From contig MU057521.1 of NCBI GenBank assembly GCA_013265495.1, positions 1,004,335 through 1,068,334 on the forward strand: DNA of 64,000 bases, written 5' to 3'. Under the pieces are notes generated by a model. It was not told where the DNA came from and did no database searches. It worked only from the letters and a program-made list of their open reading frames with translations. Source of the DNA: Vicugna vicugna. Taxonomy: Eukaryota. Positions 52,000 through 64,000 of the stretch are shown piece by piece; the first letter of the stretch is position 1, and the number at the start of each line of letters is the position of its first letter. The position numbers and the translations under genes are program-made.

Positions 52000-52820
52000 C
52001 TGTTTAGAAGAAACAGAAATTAGAACCATACATATTAAAACTTAAGGTGTTTAACCAAAATTGTACCCAGAAACAAATTTGAAAATTTTAAAGCCTCTTA
52101 TTACTGTTGGGGTAGGGACAGAGCTCAGTGGTAGAGCACGTGCTTAACACGCATGAGGTCCTGGGGTCAATCCCCAGTACCACCATTTAAAAAACAAACA
52201 AACAAACAAACAAAAACCTCACTGTTGGTCAAGAAAATTTGAAAAAAGAAAATATAATCATTTGAATCTGGAAGCTAGGGAAGGATCATGTGATACCTAC
52301 AATAAAGAAAAGAAAGCAAATAATAGAGGCAAAAATCCCAAAATAATAAGATTAGGGACTGGTCAACAAAATCAAGAGCTTTATTTACATTTGGGGAAAA
52401 AATAAGCAAAATAGGTCATGTCTGGCAAATTAAATGAAGACAAAAATAGAAACAGCACAAATTTAGAAATGATAAAGTACAACAACTAACACGGAAGGAA
52501 ATACAAATAGATTAGCATAGATATGCATATGTAATTTTGTACCGTGTTCAACTTTATGCTGATAAATTTCAAAATTTGGCAACTTTCTGGAAAAAAATGT
52601 AAATTTCCAAAATTGAAAACAAAAATAATATAATGTACTAGAACAATAACAATAAAATAAACTGAAAAAACTATTAAAGAACTACTTCTCAAAGAAGGTT
52701 CCCCAACCTGATCATTTTACTAATAAACTCTTTCAAATTCTCAAGGAATGAAAATTCACATCCTCTGTGATTTGTTCCAGAGCACGTAAAAAATGGAAAT
52801 TATTCCCATTTGTTTTGTAA
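52000..52820 (+). mobile_element. Ancient L1 ORF2 remnant, interrupted by a SINE
   Basis: A-rich decayed ORF2 motifs: caacaaaatcaagagct, caactttatgctgataaattt, cctgatcattttac, ttgttccagagca. Confidence 0.62.
52109..52216 (+). mobile_element. tRNA-Ala-derived SINE (Vic-1 type) with (AAAC)n tail
   Basis: agctcagtggtagagcacgtgcttaacacgcatgaggtcctggggtcaatccccagtacc; partial flanking repeat actgttgg. Confidence 0.85.
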
Positions 52821-53773
52821 TCCTTCCCTTCACTTTCTTTTACCCCTATCTCTCACCATTTATTTATTTTATTGGTCTTTTACACTCAGTTAACCTCATA
52901 TTCTATCAAACTTGCTGCCTCACAAAAATGGTTTAAAAAGTGTTTTTGCTTCTGAAGAGCTTTTAATAAGCTGTGAAACATGTTTATAGATAAGAAGTAA
53001 ACAAGATGTTTTTCTCATCCTTTTCAGAATCCAAACTTTCAATAATAAATATCTATAATGTGGATAACATGTATCCTGCTTTGTAAGAACGGCAAATGAT
53101 TTTGTGAATATTATCCTGTCTTGTTACTACATAATTTTTTTGGCTTTGTTCAGTAGGTTTATTTAACACCTTCCCTTTTTAAAATCTCTGCTGATACTCA
53201 AAGGTCTAAGAAAATCTTGACTTTCTAATTCTTCTACTTGTAGTGACTTTAGAATCATGGATGCTATTTCTCACCTATATATTTTTTTTTTGGAATACCA
53301 ACTGTTTAGTATTCTAGATAAATTCTCAATAAACAAGCAAATTCTCAATAAACAAGTCAAGTTATGAGCAAGTGAAGAAAACTGTTTGACTTCAGGAAGA
53401 AGGTTGCCATCGTGCTTGGCACACTTCCTGGAAAACTGAACAACCTGGAAACCTCAGAAATATTTCCAGTTTGTAAAACTGAGTTGACCAAGTTCAAGGG
53501 CAAAACCAAAGAAAGGAAAATTTGGCTACCATAGTTCTCTGTTGTTCCTCTCCCATGGGGGCTGTAGGAGGAGCATTTTCTCCGTCCATCCATAAAGATT
53601 TGAATCCTTCCAAGAGGAAAGAGCCACAGATTTGCTGAAAGCTTTCATAGTTAATTCAATGCAACCAAAAGCATTCATCTTTGAACTCTTCAGCACCTGG
53701 AACACAGATGGGTATTCCTTTCCCTCAGCCTTTTGAATATTGTTCTTACCTTGGAACTAATTGCATTCAAGTT

Positions 53774-53810
53774 CACACACACACACACTCACACACATAC
53801 ACAAACACAC
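53774..53810. repeat. Imperfect (CA)n microsatellite
   Basis: cacacacacacacactcacacacatacacaaacacac. Confidence 0.85.
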
Positions 53811-54719
53811 TTGCACAAACTCTGGATATTTGTTGGAAGGTACAGCTCAACTTTTTGTTCCCCAGGTCCTAGCACAGCAACTAGCACATAGTTTACACTT
53901 AATAAATGTTGTATGAAACTAAATCAAATCAAATTGAATTGAATCTAGCAAAAATAGAAGCATAAGGAAAAAGTTATGGGAGCAACAGAGGAAAGCAGTT
54001 TCTAATTCTGCCTGGGGGAATTAAGAAAAGTCAAAACAAAAATAACAAAATGTGTTTTGAGGAGTTATACAAACCATTTTGGCAATGCAATTTAATTGTA
54101 TGGAGCAAACGTTTATTTAATTTTAATAATAAATGCTTACACATTTTTACGCAGTTTTAATCTTTGAAACCCTTCCAGGCACTAAATAATTGAATTTTTT
54201 AGATTACATTCTTCAAAAATCATCTGCATTGATTTAATGTTCCCAACAGAGTAGTCAAATGAAAACAGAAACAAATTAAAGCAGAGACAGCACAAAGCTC
54301 AGGTCTCCTCTTCGCAGTATTCAGACCACCTACTCCCCAAGAAGTGGAACCAAGAAGAGACAGATGGCCCTGATTCTGTCTCCGAGAAATGGGAACCGCC
54401 TGTGCCAATGTGGACACCAACGTCACCTTCTGTGCACAAGGAAGATCACCTAGGACCTCAGGTCCCATAGGCCATCAGTGCAAAGTAACAGCATCAAAGC
54501 TTAATATTGGCTATTCTTCTCCAATCTCACTTTCTATAGCAATTTCTTTCTTTCCTAGTAAACAAAAGAATTTCCAAGAATTATGCTGGTCTCTGAAAAA
54601 ACTCTCTGACCACATGCAATGAAGTTTCTGCACTGGAATATACTTGTGCTGTGAAATATGTATCTGCAAACAATGTCTAATGGGAGTTTTCTTGTTGTCA
54701 TGATTGTGAGTACTGCTCA

Positions 54720-55251
54720 ATGTTGAGAACAATCAGAGAAAAACCCCTGTAGTCCATCTGCAGATTAGGTGGGAAAGACTAGAAATAGGAAAGAGCAATT
54801 GGAGAAAGTTATCAAGTGCAGAAGGAGAGCTTCCTCCTTATCCAGGCCAGAAGTGAGACCCCCTCACAGAGGCTAGGGGCGGAGTGGGTCTTCAAGAAGA
54901 TGGTGGGAGGGCAAGGAAAGGGGGAAGGAGAGGGAAGGAACCACCCTTCCTGGCTATGTCTCTGACCAGAGGGTGAGGCCAGAGGTGGGGAATGAAGAAG
55001 CTTTGCATTGAATGGGAGACTGAAGTTCTGATTTAGACTAGAGGAGACATTTTAACGCTTGAAAACTGAGTCACAGCTACCCAAGTGAGATTATTCTTAC
55101 AGCTGAAAGCCACTCAAAAGCCATGACACTTGCCCACGGTGCTGTGATGGGTAAGGGAACGGTGATTTGACAAAGCCATGAAGGGAAAAATAAATAACGC
55201 CATGTCGTGTTTGCATCTATTAAGATCATCCCATTCAGTAAACTGGTTACG
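54720..55251 (+). mobile_element. Possible ancient mammalian Gypsy-like LTR (MamGypLTR/LTR85 class)
   Basis: Purine-rich LTR-like block with AATAAA ~55188, ending attcagtaaactggttac; family assignment from memory only. Confidence 0.35.
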
Positions 55252-57014
55252 TTGCCTTAACACAACACCTCATTTGTCCTAATGTGGCCAAAATAAATAA
55301 GCTGTTACATGGTCGATTCTGCTCCTGTTGTAATGACCCAGTAGGCTTAACTACAGAGTATTCTAAATAATTGTGCAAAAATCAAATCAAATAAACAGCC
55401 ACACAGAAAGTTGACTGAACGGCCATGAATAGCTGCAGCTTTCCACTTGTCTCTCTTCTCCTCATATAGCTCTCCATAAAACTGAATAATGAAATTTAGA
55501 TCAAGCTGTCATTAACATGACATTACGACTTATCTGGATAATCAAAACCTGGCAGACATTCAGCGTAATTGTTGTTTTAAAACACTTTTGGTTTTCCACT
55601 CGGAAACACGCCAAGGGACTAACCTCCATGATTAATAAGGACGAGGCTTAGCTGGAGAAACAAATTTCAGCCAAGCCTTCCAACATCCGAAGCTTGAAGT
55701 ACTTTTTTGCAAGGACACGATGCTGAAGTGACATATACCAACCCCTCCACCCCCCAGGTGATGTGGAAATGGCCTCGATTTTGAATCATTGAGATGTGAG
55801 ATGCCCAGGTCTCATTCAATACCTACAAGGAACCTGGAAGGAGTTTCTTTCACTAGGAACTGCTTTCATTTTCACCTGTTGGTGGGGTCAGTAATCCTGA
55901 CCGACTGCACCCCCCCACCCCCCAAAACACACCTAAACTGATCAGGAGATGGCTAAATAGATTAACCAATAAAATTTTAAATGCTTTGTAATTGTACAAT
56001 AATGACAGAATGTACAATAATAAAATGGCTCACAATTTGAATTTACAATCCCTACTGACTCCTCAAAGCCCTAGCATTTTAGAGGTGAGATTATCTATTC
56101 ACAAGGCTTCTGCCCAACTCATGTAAGAGGATTCTATTATGGGTAAACTGGAGATAAAATGAGAGTTTTAACATGATTATAGGTCAGTGGTTTTTGAATT
56201 GTTAATGTATAAAAGACCCCAGAGGCATATGCTGAATATATAGTCCGTGAAAGACAAAATTAAATAAACAAAAAGCAATTTACAAGCTGGAAAACATTTT
56301 TTAGTTCTCATGGAGCGTTATAACACATGTCCTCTAGCATCCAGCTTAAGAGGGCTGAGCTGACGCCACAGAAAAGAGGCAAGTGAATTAATTTTGCTTC
56401 ATAGGCCCAGAACCTGGAAGAAAATGGTTTGTGGGGAAGCATTTCAAACTTGAAAATGTGAACCACAGGAGCAGACACATGATTCCAGAGGGCACGGAAG
56501 CTCCTTGGAATAAGATTCAACCTAGTGATATTACAAAATAAAGAAGATGAGATATACTTATGTATGTGCTTATTTATGTTTGCGGTACCGTGCCCACCTC
56601 CAGAAGGGATGTGCAGTGAATGGGAAAATGCTGGGGTGTAGTGGGTTATGTTCAGTCTGGATGGGGCAGTGTGTTTTGAACATACCTGCAAGGCTGTCGT
56701 ACTAAGTATGGTAACTACGAGGGATCTTGCACGCAGCTTCCCCTTTCAAAGTTCAAAGATGACTTTGGCCATGATAAATAACTTCCTTATTTTCTTGACT
56801 CTTAGCCCCATGGTTGCTCATTTAGGCCGCTGATTTCTCACACTGAGATGCCCATCTGAAAACAGCAGTCCAAAGGAGAGAGATGGCCCTCCTTATCAGT
56901 GTCACTGCATACACACCTATCCCTTCCACCAGCCTCTAAGTGGGAGAAATTGTTCTTGTTCTAGAAACAAGAGACACGGGTGGGTTGGGTTGCAAAACTT
57001 ATCAGAAAGAGTCC

Positions 57015-57527
57015 TTATGACTCTCAGCTTCTCTGATTCTCCAGCACCAACTGGGTGTCCAACAACTCAATTTCATTCAGACAACAACTACCCAGAGTTA
57101 GCGTCAGACCCATAGGTGTGAGGGTTCAGTCCCACAAGCCCTCACTTCAAAAGCCAGTTGCAGGTGAAATGCAAGTGGGTTTCCTCTGACTTGGCTACAA
57201 ATTCTGGGTTCCCATGCCCCCACTTTCATTTTTGATTAATTTGCTGAAATGACTCACAGAACTTAGGAAAATGCTCCACTCACTGTTACAGTTTATCACA
57301 AAGGGCACAAATGAACAGCCAGATAAGGATGTACACAGGACAAGGTCTGAAACAGTCGAGCACAGGAGCCTCTGCCTCTGTGGAGTCGGAGTGCACCACT
57401 CTCCTGGCCAATGGATGTATTCACTATCTTGGAAGATTCCGGAATTCCCTCATTTGGGGATTTTTATGGAGGTCTCGGTATGCAGGCATGGCTGATTAAA
57501 TCATTGGCCATTGGTGATTGAACTCAA
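57015..57527 (-). mobile_element. MER21C-like LTR fragment
   Basis: caccaactgggtgtcc...agagttagcgtcagaccc...tgactcacagaacttagg...gattaaatcattggccattggtgattgaactcaa. Confidence 0.78.
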
Positions 57528-57749
57528 ACTACTCATCACTAATAGCCTGACCCAAATATAGAGAAGCTTCACAACTCTCACTGCCGAAAAGTATGTATTT
57601 TTTTTAATTTAAAAAATTCTTCTATTACAAAATTAAGATCCTTTTTACTGTGAATTTTTTAAAAGAAAAAGAATCCGTCCCCAATTCATATCCATGTTAC
57701 AAACTTCCACAGAGACTAACTTTGTCCAGCTCAAAGATTATTTCTAGAC

Positions 57750-57965
57750 TAGAGGTTGGCAGATAGTTTCTATAAAGGGCCAGATAGCAAAAATTTTAAG
57801 CTTTACAGGCCTAATCGTGTCTGTCATACCAGCTCTAAGGTTGTAGCATGAAACCAGCCATAGACAATATGTAAGTAACGAGTGCAGCTGTGTTTCAATA
57901 AAACTTTATTTACAAAATGAATCAGGAGCAGATATGGCCCACAGGCCATAGTTTGCTAACTTCTG
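57750..57965. mobile_element. MER58A hAT-Charlie element with 8-bp TSD
   Basis: aagggccagatag...cagccatagacaatatgtaa...caataaaactttatttacaaaa...ggccatagtttgc; TSD ttctagac / ctctagac. Confidence 0.88.
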
Positions 57966-58506
57966 CTCTAGACCAACATAACTTTCTCCCTTTACAGTCA
58001 AGAAATGTTCAACCCATTTTTGTAACTGGTCAATTTTAATTGTCTTGCTGTTCAGTTTTCTCCTGATGCTGATCATTCAGATTAGCATTTTTAAACATAT
58101 TAGTATAATCATCAACTTTCTTTATCCCTGGGTCCTCATTACAGAGATTTGAAAGCATCCTACTTTCACTTTTATTGATCACACACTTACAGAGTCACTT
58201 TAGCTTATAAGATTCTTTGTAGAAAGTGTGGACGAGCATACAAAATCATGGCCCTGCAAGGGGACAAGTCCACAGAGAGAGTCAGGAGAAGATCTCGCCA
58301 GCTTTGGCTTTGGATTTTAAGATTTTATTAAAAGCATGACTGGGAATTTTCTTTGCACTTTTGATCTAGAGATCCACACATCCCACTATTCCACTCTAAA
58401 AGGATATTCCTAATCAGATAAGCAAAGAATATGGCTACCATTCACCTTATAGAAGCAAGAGAATTCATGACTCAGAATCTCTGAATCAAAAAGTATTTCA
58501 CCCATT

Positions 58507-58620
58507 GCCATGTTATTACATTACCTACAATGGAGTACAATCTGTAAAAATACTGAATCACTAGGCTGTACACCTGAAACTAACACAATATTATTAACCA
58601 ACTATTCTTCAATTAAAAAA
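58507..58620 (+). mobile_element. Short L1 3' tail
   Basis: gaatcactaggctgtacacctgaaactaacacaatattattaaccaactattcttcaattaaaaaa; degenerate flanking repeat aaaagtat. Confidence 0.75.
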
Positions 58621-58639
58621 AGTATCTCAGGCATTAGTA

Positions 58640-59437
58640 GGTCCCAATTATATGTAGGCCCCATTAAGTAAAAGAAAGTGGGTGGGGAACATTATGGATG
58701 CAAAATTAGGTACAAAAGTGAATTTTATTTCAAGGGAGAAAATAAATTTCAGCAGGCATAAATTCTTAGAAGCTGAGAAATACTATACCCATTTTATTTC
58801 AGATTATTTTGGGGGTTTCCACTAACATACTTCTTTTGTGTCATATTTAAAATTTTGGCTGGTTAATAATTATGAAAAAGTGCTTTAATCAAAAATTAAA
58901 GAATGCATAAAAGCAATTCAAATATTTACATAAATGCTGTTGTATTGTATACAGTTGATATGTGCTATCACATTACTCTCAGGGTAAGGGTTTTGCCACT
59001 GGAACTTCTTTTTTGCCATTGTCACTTGTTTTTTCAGGCTAGTCTGCTGCATTGATGGTGATTTTGCACGTTATTTCACCTGGAACCACCATACTTTGTC
59101 AGGACAAGGTGTGTCAGATACTTCAAAATTCAATCGGATACGTTGGGATACATTAAAAAGATACAACTTCACACAGAATTGTATGTGTGTCTAGCACTGC
59201 TACACATTGTGTTACTTATAAACCCTGGAATTCTAATAAATTCTGTTTCTAGAAATTCTCAGAAAAAAATTAAGTTGCAGTAGAAACAGTCAGTGGTCTT
59301 AATTGTGACACAAAGATCTGCATGTCTATAGAAAGGTTTGGTCACACAAGAACAGTGCTTGGCCTTGAAAGGCGCCTGTGCAACAGGAGGACTCAAAACT
59401 TTCAGCTTCCTCTGTTTCATGGTAAGCTCACGCCTGA
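58640..59437. mobile_element. hAT-Tip100 element (MER115/Zaphod or Arthur-like)
   Basis: caaaattaggtacaaaagtgaattttattt; terminus tcagcttcctctgtttcatggtaagctcacgcctg. Confidence 0.6.
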
Positions 59438-59567
59438 CCTTCCAAGTCACTTAGCTTAGGTCTCATATCAATCATGCATCCCTGGTGGTAGACTGGCCTC
59501 TGCACAAACACCCCCTGTGACATTGAATTTATTACCTCCCAAGGAAACCCATTCCATTTTTAGGAAT

Positions 59568-59974
59568 TGTATTAGTCAGGGTTCTCCAGAGAACAGAAGC
59601 AATACATATGAGAGATTTATCACAGGAATTGGCTCACACAGTTGTGAAGGCTGAGAAGTCCTATGGTCTGCTGTCTGCAAGCTGGAGAACTAGGAAAGCC
59701 TGTGGTGTGACTGTCCAAAGGAGCAGAAGATGGATGTCCCAGCTCAAGCAGAGAGTGAATTCACTCTTCCTCCGCCTTTCTGTTCTTTTCAGATTCTCAG
59801 TGGATTGGGTAATACCCACCTGCCTTGGTTTGGGCACCTCTTGTACTCAGTCTACTAATTCAAATGCTAATCCCTGCTGGAGACACCCTCACAGACACAC
59901 CCAGAAATAATGTTGAAACAAATATCTAAGCACCCTGTGACCCAGACAAGTTGACACATAAAATTACCATCACA
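59568..59974 (-). mobile_element. MLT2-type ERVL solo LTR
   Basis: tgtattagtcagggttctccagaga...ggaattggctcac...caagttgacacataaaattaccatcaca. Confidence 0.9.
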
Positions 59975-60136
59975 GGCAGCTTGAGTTATCATGGAATTCT
60001 TCCTTGTGCTAAACTAAAACCCACCTTCCCTAATACATTAGCAAATGGTCCTAAGTCTTCATTTTGAATAACAAATCTACACTCTTCCACCTGACGGTCA
60101 TCCAAATATCTGACAACAGTGTTCATGTCATCCACT

Positions 60137-60570
60137 GTCTTAATCTGAGTGCCCTAAGAGGCAGACTCTGTCAAAAGGACTTGTTCAAATGCAAATAGTT
60201 TATTTGGGAGCTGGTTCTAGGAAACATCAGTAAGGGAGCAGGGAATTGAAAGGGAAGGGAAGGCAGCCAATAGCGTGTCTGCAATTAAGCCAGTTACCAC
60301 TGTGGGCAGCCTGACCTCACTCCCTCTGGGAAACTCTGGAAGTCAGTGCAGAACATGGGCTTCAGAGTTATCCCACCTGAACGGTGAGAGAACTGGGGGT
60401 TTATACACCAAACCCCATCAGTTACTACTTGCAGGCTGCTCTTGAAAGAGATTGGGCTCCAGCTTCCAAAGAAAGCCTTCAAACAAAGAGATGTCCAGGC
60501 TGGCAGCTGGAACTCAGCCAGTCTACAGGCCCATGGTAAGGCCCAAGGGGACATGGACAGCACTTTCTCC
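60137..60570 (-). mobile_element. LTR16-like ERVL LTR
   Basis: tgtctta...gcagactctg...tgcaaatagtttatttgggag...aagccagttaccactgtgggcag...cttcagagttatcccacctg. Confidence 0.75.
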
Positions 60571-61101
60571 AGTCAGACTGCCCTTAGGGCTCCAAGGGTT
60601 TCACACCCAGCACAGCTAGAGGTCTCCTCCATCCTGTTCCATCAGATAGTCTTGGCTTTGCCTTTTTTTTTTCCTTAGAACTGAACATGACACTTCATGT
60701 ATGGTCCTGCCATCACATTCCCCAAATTTCTGGTCCCAGAAAGGTAGAAAAAAACATAATCAGGTTCAGTCATGAAAGCAGCTAAGAGCATTCAAGTAAA
60801 TTCGACAGTGGAGCAGCCTTGATGCGGTTCTGAGGCAGCATGTCCACTGTGGCTTTGCTAGAACCATCCCCAGGAAGGTCAACTGGGAAATTCTGCTTTC
60901 TTTAAAAATTCCAGACAGATTCATTCTTTCCTAGTCACCTATCACTGGAAAGAATGCTCTTTAGTGCTCTGTTATGTATGCCAAGGGAGATCAGCCTAAG
61001 ATTAAATTATGGAGAATGTATGAAAATTGTTTACATTAGATAATGAGAAATAGTAAGCTTTTTGCCACAAAGTGACAGAATTCTTTCCTACGATTCATTA
61101 C

Positions 61102-61250
61102 TGCAGCAGTTTCAAAATATGTTCACAATTCTTTGCTACTCCTGTCTTCAGAAGGTAGATCTTAATTTCATTCCCCTTGAGTGTGGCATGTATTTTGGTT
61201 CTAACAAAGAGAATGTGACGGAAACCACCAAGTGAGAACTCTGGCCAATT
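61102..61250 (+). mobile_element. MaLR LTR 5' fragment (MLT1E/F-like)
   Basis: cacaattctttgctactcct...ttccccttgagtgtgg...ttctaacaaagagaatgtgacggaa. Confidence 0.55.
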
Positions 61251-63248
61251 AGTGTTTCAGCAGAGAAGTATTTCTACGTAAGGCAAGGGTTCCCTGTGCC
61301 TTCCAGACTGCTCTGGGGAAGTAATAAAACTATAGATTAGGGTTGGGTGAAGATCTAGACTTTCATCCTTGATCCTGTTTCTCTGACAACAGCCAACAGG
61401 CTTTTCTTTGGGTGGACTGAACTTACTTTGCTTTCTTTTTTCCCCAAACAGCTGCAGTTTCAAGTTACTGCTTGCCAGAACTTATTTTTCTCATACCTGT
61501 TCAAATATCCATGAGCAAGAAAAACTTGATGAAAGGGAAAGAATATTTTGCTGTCCTCAAATTAAAGGTAACTAAAGAATAGAATTCATACTGACACCAG
61601 GATAGAATCAGGGATATTTTCTCCTACAGTTATGTCAGAACTAGAGAGTGAAAGAGAATACTGGCTATGGGTATACATATACGTGCTCCACGTTCTTAAC
61701 AAAGTTGTTTGCATTATTTGGAATTTCCGAGTCAATTAGAATGTGGCTCATCACAGTCACTGCACTATAATCATCCTTCAAAAGAAATGCATGTTTTACC
61801 TGGTAATAAAAATTTTCAGAGTGAGTTAGTAAGTTCATGAGCATCTCAGCTGGCGGATTTTCACTTCTGATCCTGGCCACTCAGCTGCTCAAAAGTCCAG
61901 AAGCCACCATCCCAGTGCCCAGTTTGAATCTCTTCCATTTGGATGCTTATCTGTGGGTCTTTCTTGCCTTCCTAATTCACACTTTAAATTGAGACTTTAT
62001 AAGCCAAGCCAAATTGGTACATTTCAAGGTTTTTTTTTCAATCTCTTCCATTTTTTTGTAATTATGAGTTGGGTCCAAGCAATTCAGAACTGTGTGCCAG
62101 TCCTGAGGTTATTCCAAATTGCTTATTTTGAGAATGAGTATTAGAAAATCTGGCACACAGTAGGCACTCAATAAATGTTTATGGAATCCTAGTATATACA
62201 CATGGCAAGTTTTTTTTTTTATTACTGAGACACTTTCTACTTTCCATAGACAGGAGAAGCAAGATGTTCCTGGTGTGTGACACACTGACTCAAGTTCTCT
62301 TTGATAACAGGGAGCACTAAAAAGAATTCCCAGAAGAGGCGAGCTCTCTCAGCTTCCTTATTATCATGTCATCTCCCATTCTTAACTGGTTTTCTCAAAG
62401 ATCCACAGATATTAGCATAAATATGCTGGAGCCTCACAGTTATTTAGTCCATGAGGATATAGAATTCAGTAATCTATCCAAAACTTGTCACTACCTGAGC
62501 TACAAGGGCCTTTATAATACACTGCTTTTTGCAGACTTGGGTACTAGTATGATAGATTGGCCCTAGGGGTTTTCTGTTAATAAAGTGAAAGGAAAAGATG
62601 AGGAGGGAGAGAAAAGGGGAGGGGGGAAGAACAAGGCGGGGTGTCTTTTGACCCTCAAACTCAGCATATTTATATAAGCATATAAGACCAAAAAGATACA
62701 ATGTCAAAGTTAAACTTGAAAAATTCCATCCTAGGAGAGGTCTTTTCTTTTTTCCTCATAAAATGAAACCTTCCTATCTCCTTATTCTGGAGGAAAAAAA
62801 TGAGAAAGATTGATGAAAGCACCTTTTTTTCGAAAGTCCTCTCTGTCAGTTCAGAGCAAGGAAAATTAAAACACCAAACAAATTCATCCATCATGAAATG
62901 ACTCTTGTCTCCTTTTCATCTTTCTTCTACTTTCTAGATTGCTAATTTCTCAGTCACCTTGTTTTCACTCCCTGTCTGATGGTGAGCATATTTATAATAC
63001 TTAATATTTACTATACCTAAATATGCTAGTGCTTTAGTACTTAATATTTGCCGTATACATAAGAGTGCCAAGAATTTTATGACTATTAATTAGGTATCTC
63101 AAGCTATGTCAGAAATTAGAATAGGTAAGGAAAGTGAGTTTCAAAAATCAAAAGGATAACTACTGTCTTTAGTAAAAACTTTAGGATTTCATCCAGATGC
63201 TGGGGTCCCCTATCACACTTAAATATTAACTGCATGACTGTAGGCAAG

Positions 63249-63480
63249 GGTATTAGTCAGTATAAGTTATGTTATGATGTGGTGACAAACAATCCCAAAA
63301 CCTCAATGGCTTGTAACAACTCAGGTTTATTTCCCACTCATACCACCTGTCCATCACAGGGTGATCATGGCTTTGTGACAGAGGAAAAAGAGAACATGGA
63401 AAATTACATGCTGGCTCTTAGGGCTTCATATCAGGAGTGGTCCACATCATTTCCACTCACAGTCTACTGGCCAGAGCAAA
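63249..63480 (-). mobile_element. Old MaLR LTR fragment (MLT1K/L-like)
   Basis: tattagtcag...gtgacaaacaatcccaaaacctcaatggcttgtaacaac...catttccactcacagtctactggccagagcaa. Confidence 0.65.
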
Positions 63481-63560
63481 GGGTTTGGTACTATTCATGG
63501 CTTTACGCATCCTCTGGGGCCCCTGGAATTTATCTCCTGTGGATAAAGGAGGACTATTAT
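63481..63560. mobile_element. Tigger-family terminal fragment
   Basis: catcctctggggcccctggaatttatctcctgtggataaaggaggactattata resembles a Tigger TIR followed by TA. Confidence 0.5.
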
Positions 63561-64000
63561 ATTTTTTCAAACCCCAAATTCTATGATACAATAACACAGA
63601 AGGGGTCAACAAAGTATGGGAATTCTGTGAAAACACTCTAGCCAGGATTTTCTTTAAAATATATCTGCTTCATAATTATACTCAAAATTTGAAAATACTA
63701 ATCCAAGTCTTCTAAGCCGCTCACTAGAAATCTTTGCCCCTGAAGTTACTATATCTAAGAGGCAGTCTTAGAATCTCACCCAGGCTTGGCCTGTGCAAGG
63801 AAAATCCATGGGTTTCTGGTTCTCATTCAATTCACACTGAGAGAATCATATTATTTACCTGGTTATACTGAAATAGGAGACTGAGGCCTATAGTCACAAT
63901 CCTTTTTTTAAAAATCCAAAAACAGGCGTTGGAAGAAGGAAAAAGACTGAAACCTACCAAGTGATTTATATAATACTGGTTTGGAATGCCTTATCTGAAA

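Noticed and set aside
1..64000. CRISPR array, operon, prokaryotic or viral coding insert, processed pseudogene
   Set aside because: No repeat-spacer array, no dense coding region, no gag/pol/env ORF next to the LTRs (all look solo or truncated), and no recognisable retrocopied mRNA.
1..64000. Scattered AP-1 (TGASTCA) and GAS motifs outside the LTRs
   Set aside because: Numbers look compatible with chance for 7-9 bp motifs; not informative without chromatin data.

Overview
Mammalian (eukaryotic) genomic DNA, most likely camelid. The evidence is the tRNA-Ala(AGC)-derived Vic-1-type SINEs and the cetartiodactyl-type L1 ends. There is no credible protein-coding ORF; the listed ORFs are repeat-derived, GC-rich or random. 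The window centres on a CpG-island promoter (~38.1-40.0 kb) with a non-coding first exon on the minus strand (donor TCG|GTGAGT at 39239/39238). Positions 1-39238 are therefore probably 5' intron sequence with several candidate short 5'UTR exons, and 40-64 kb is upstream intergenic DNA. I cannot name the gene. The rest is interspersed repeats: MIR, L2, MaLR/ERVL LTRs, hAT and Tigger DNA transposons, L1 fragments, and a nested cluster of ERV1-type solo LTRs at 47-49.6 kb. Repeat family names come from recalled consensus sequences, not from a search. I found no supportable new biological system. The most unusual items are a 151-bp tailless L1 5'-end fragment flanked by a perfect 16-bp direct repeat (46173-46355), a MER41-like LTR with STAT/GAS-like motifs nested in another LTR, an LTR/SINE deletion fusion, and a polyproline uORF in exon 1.
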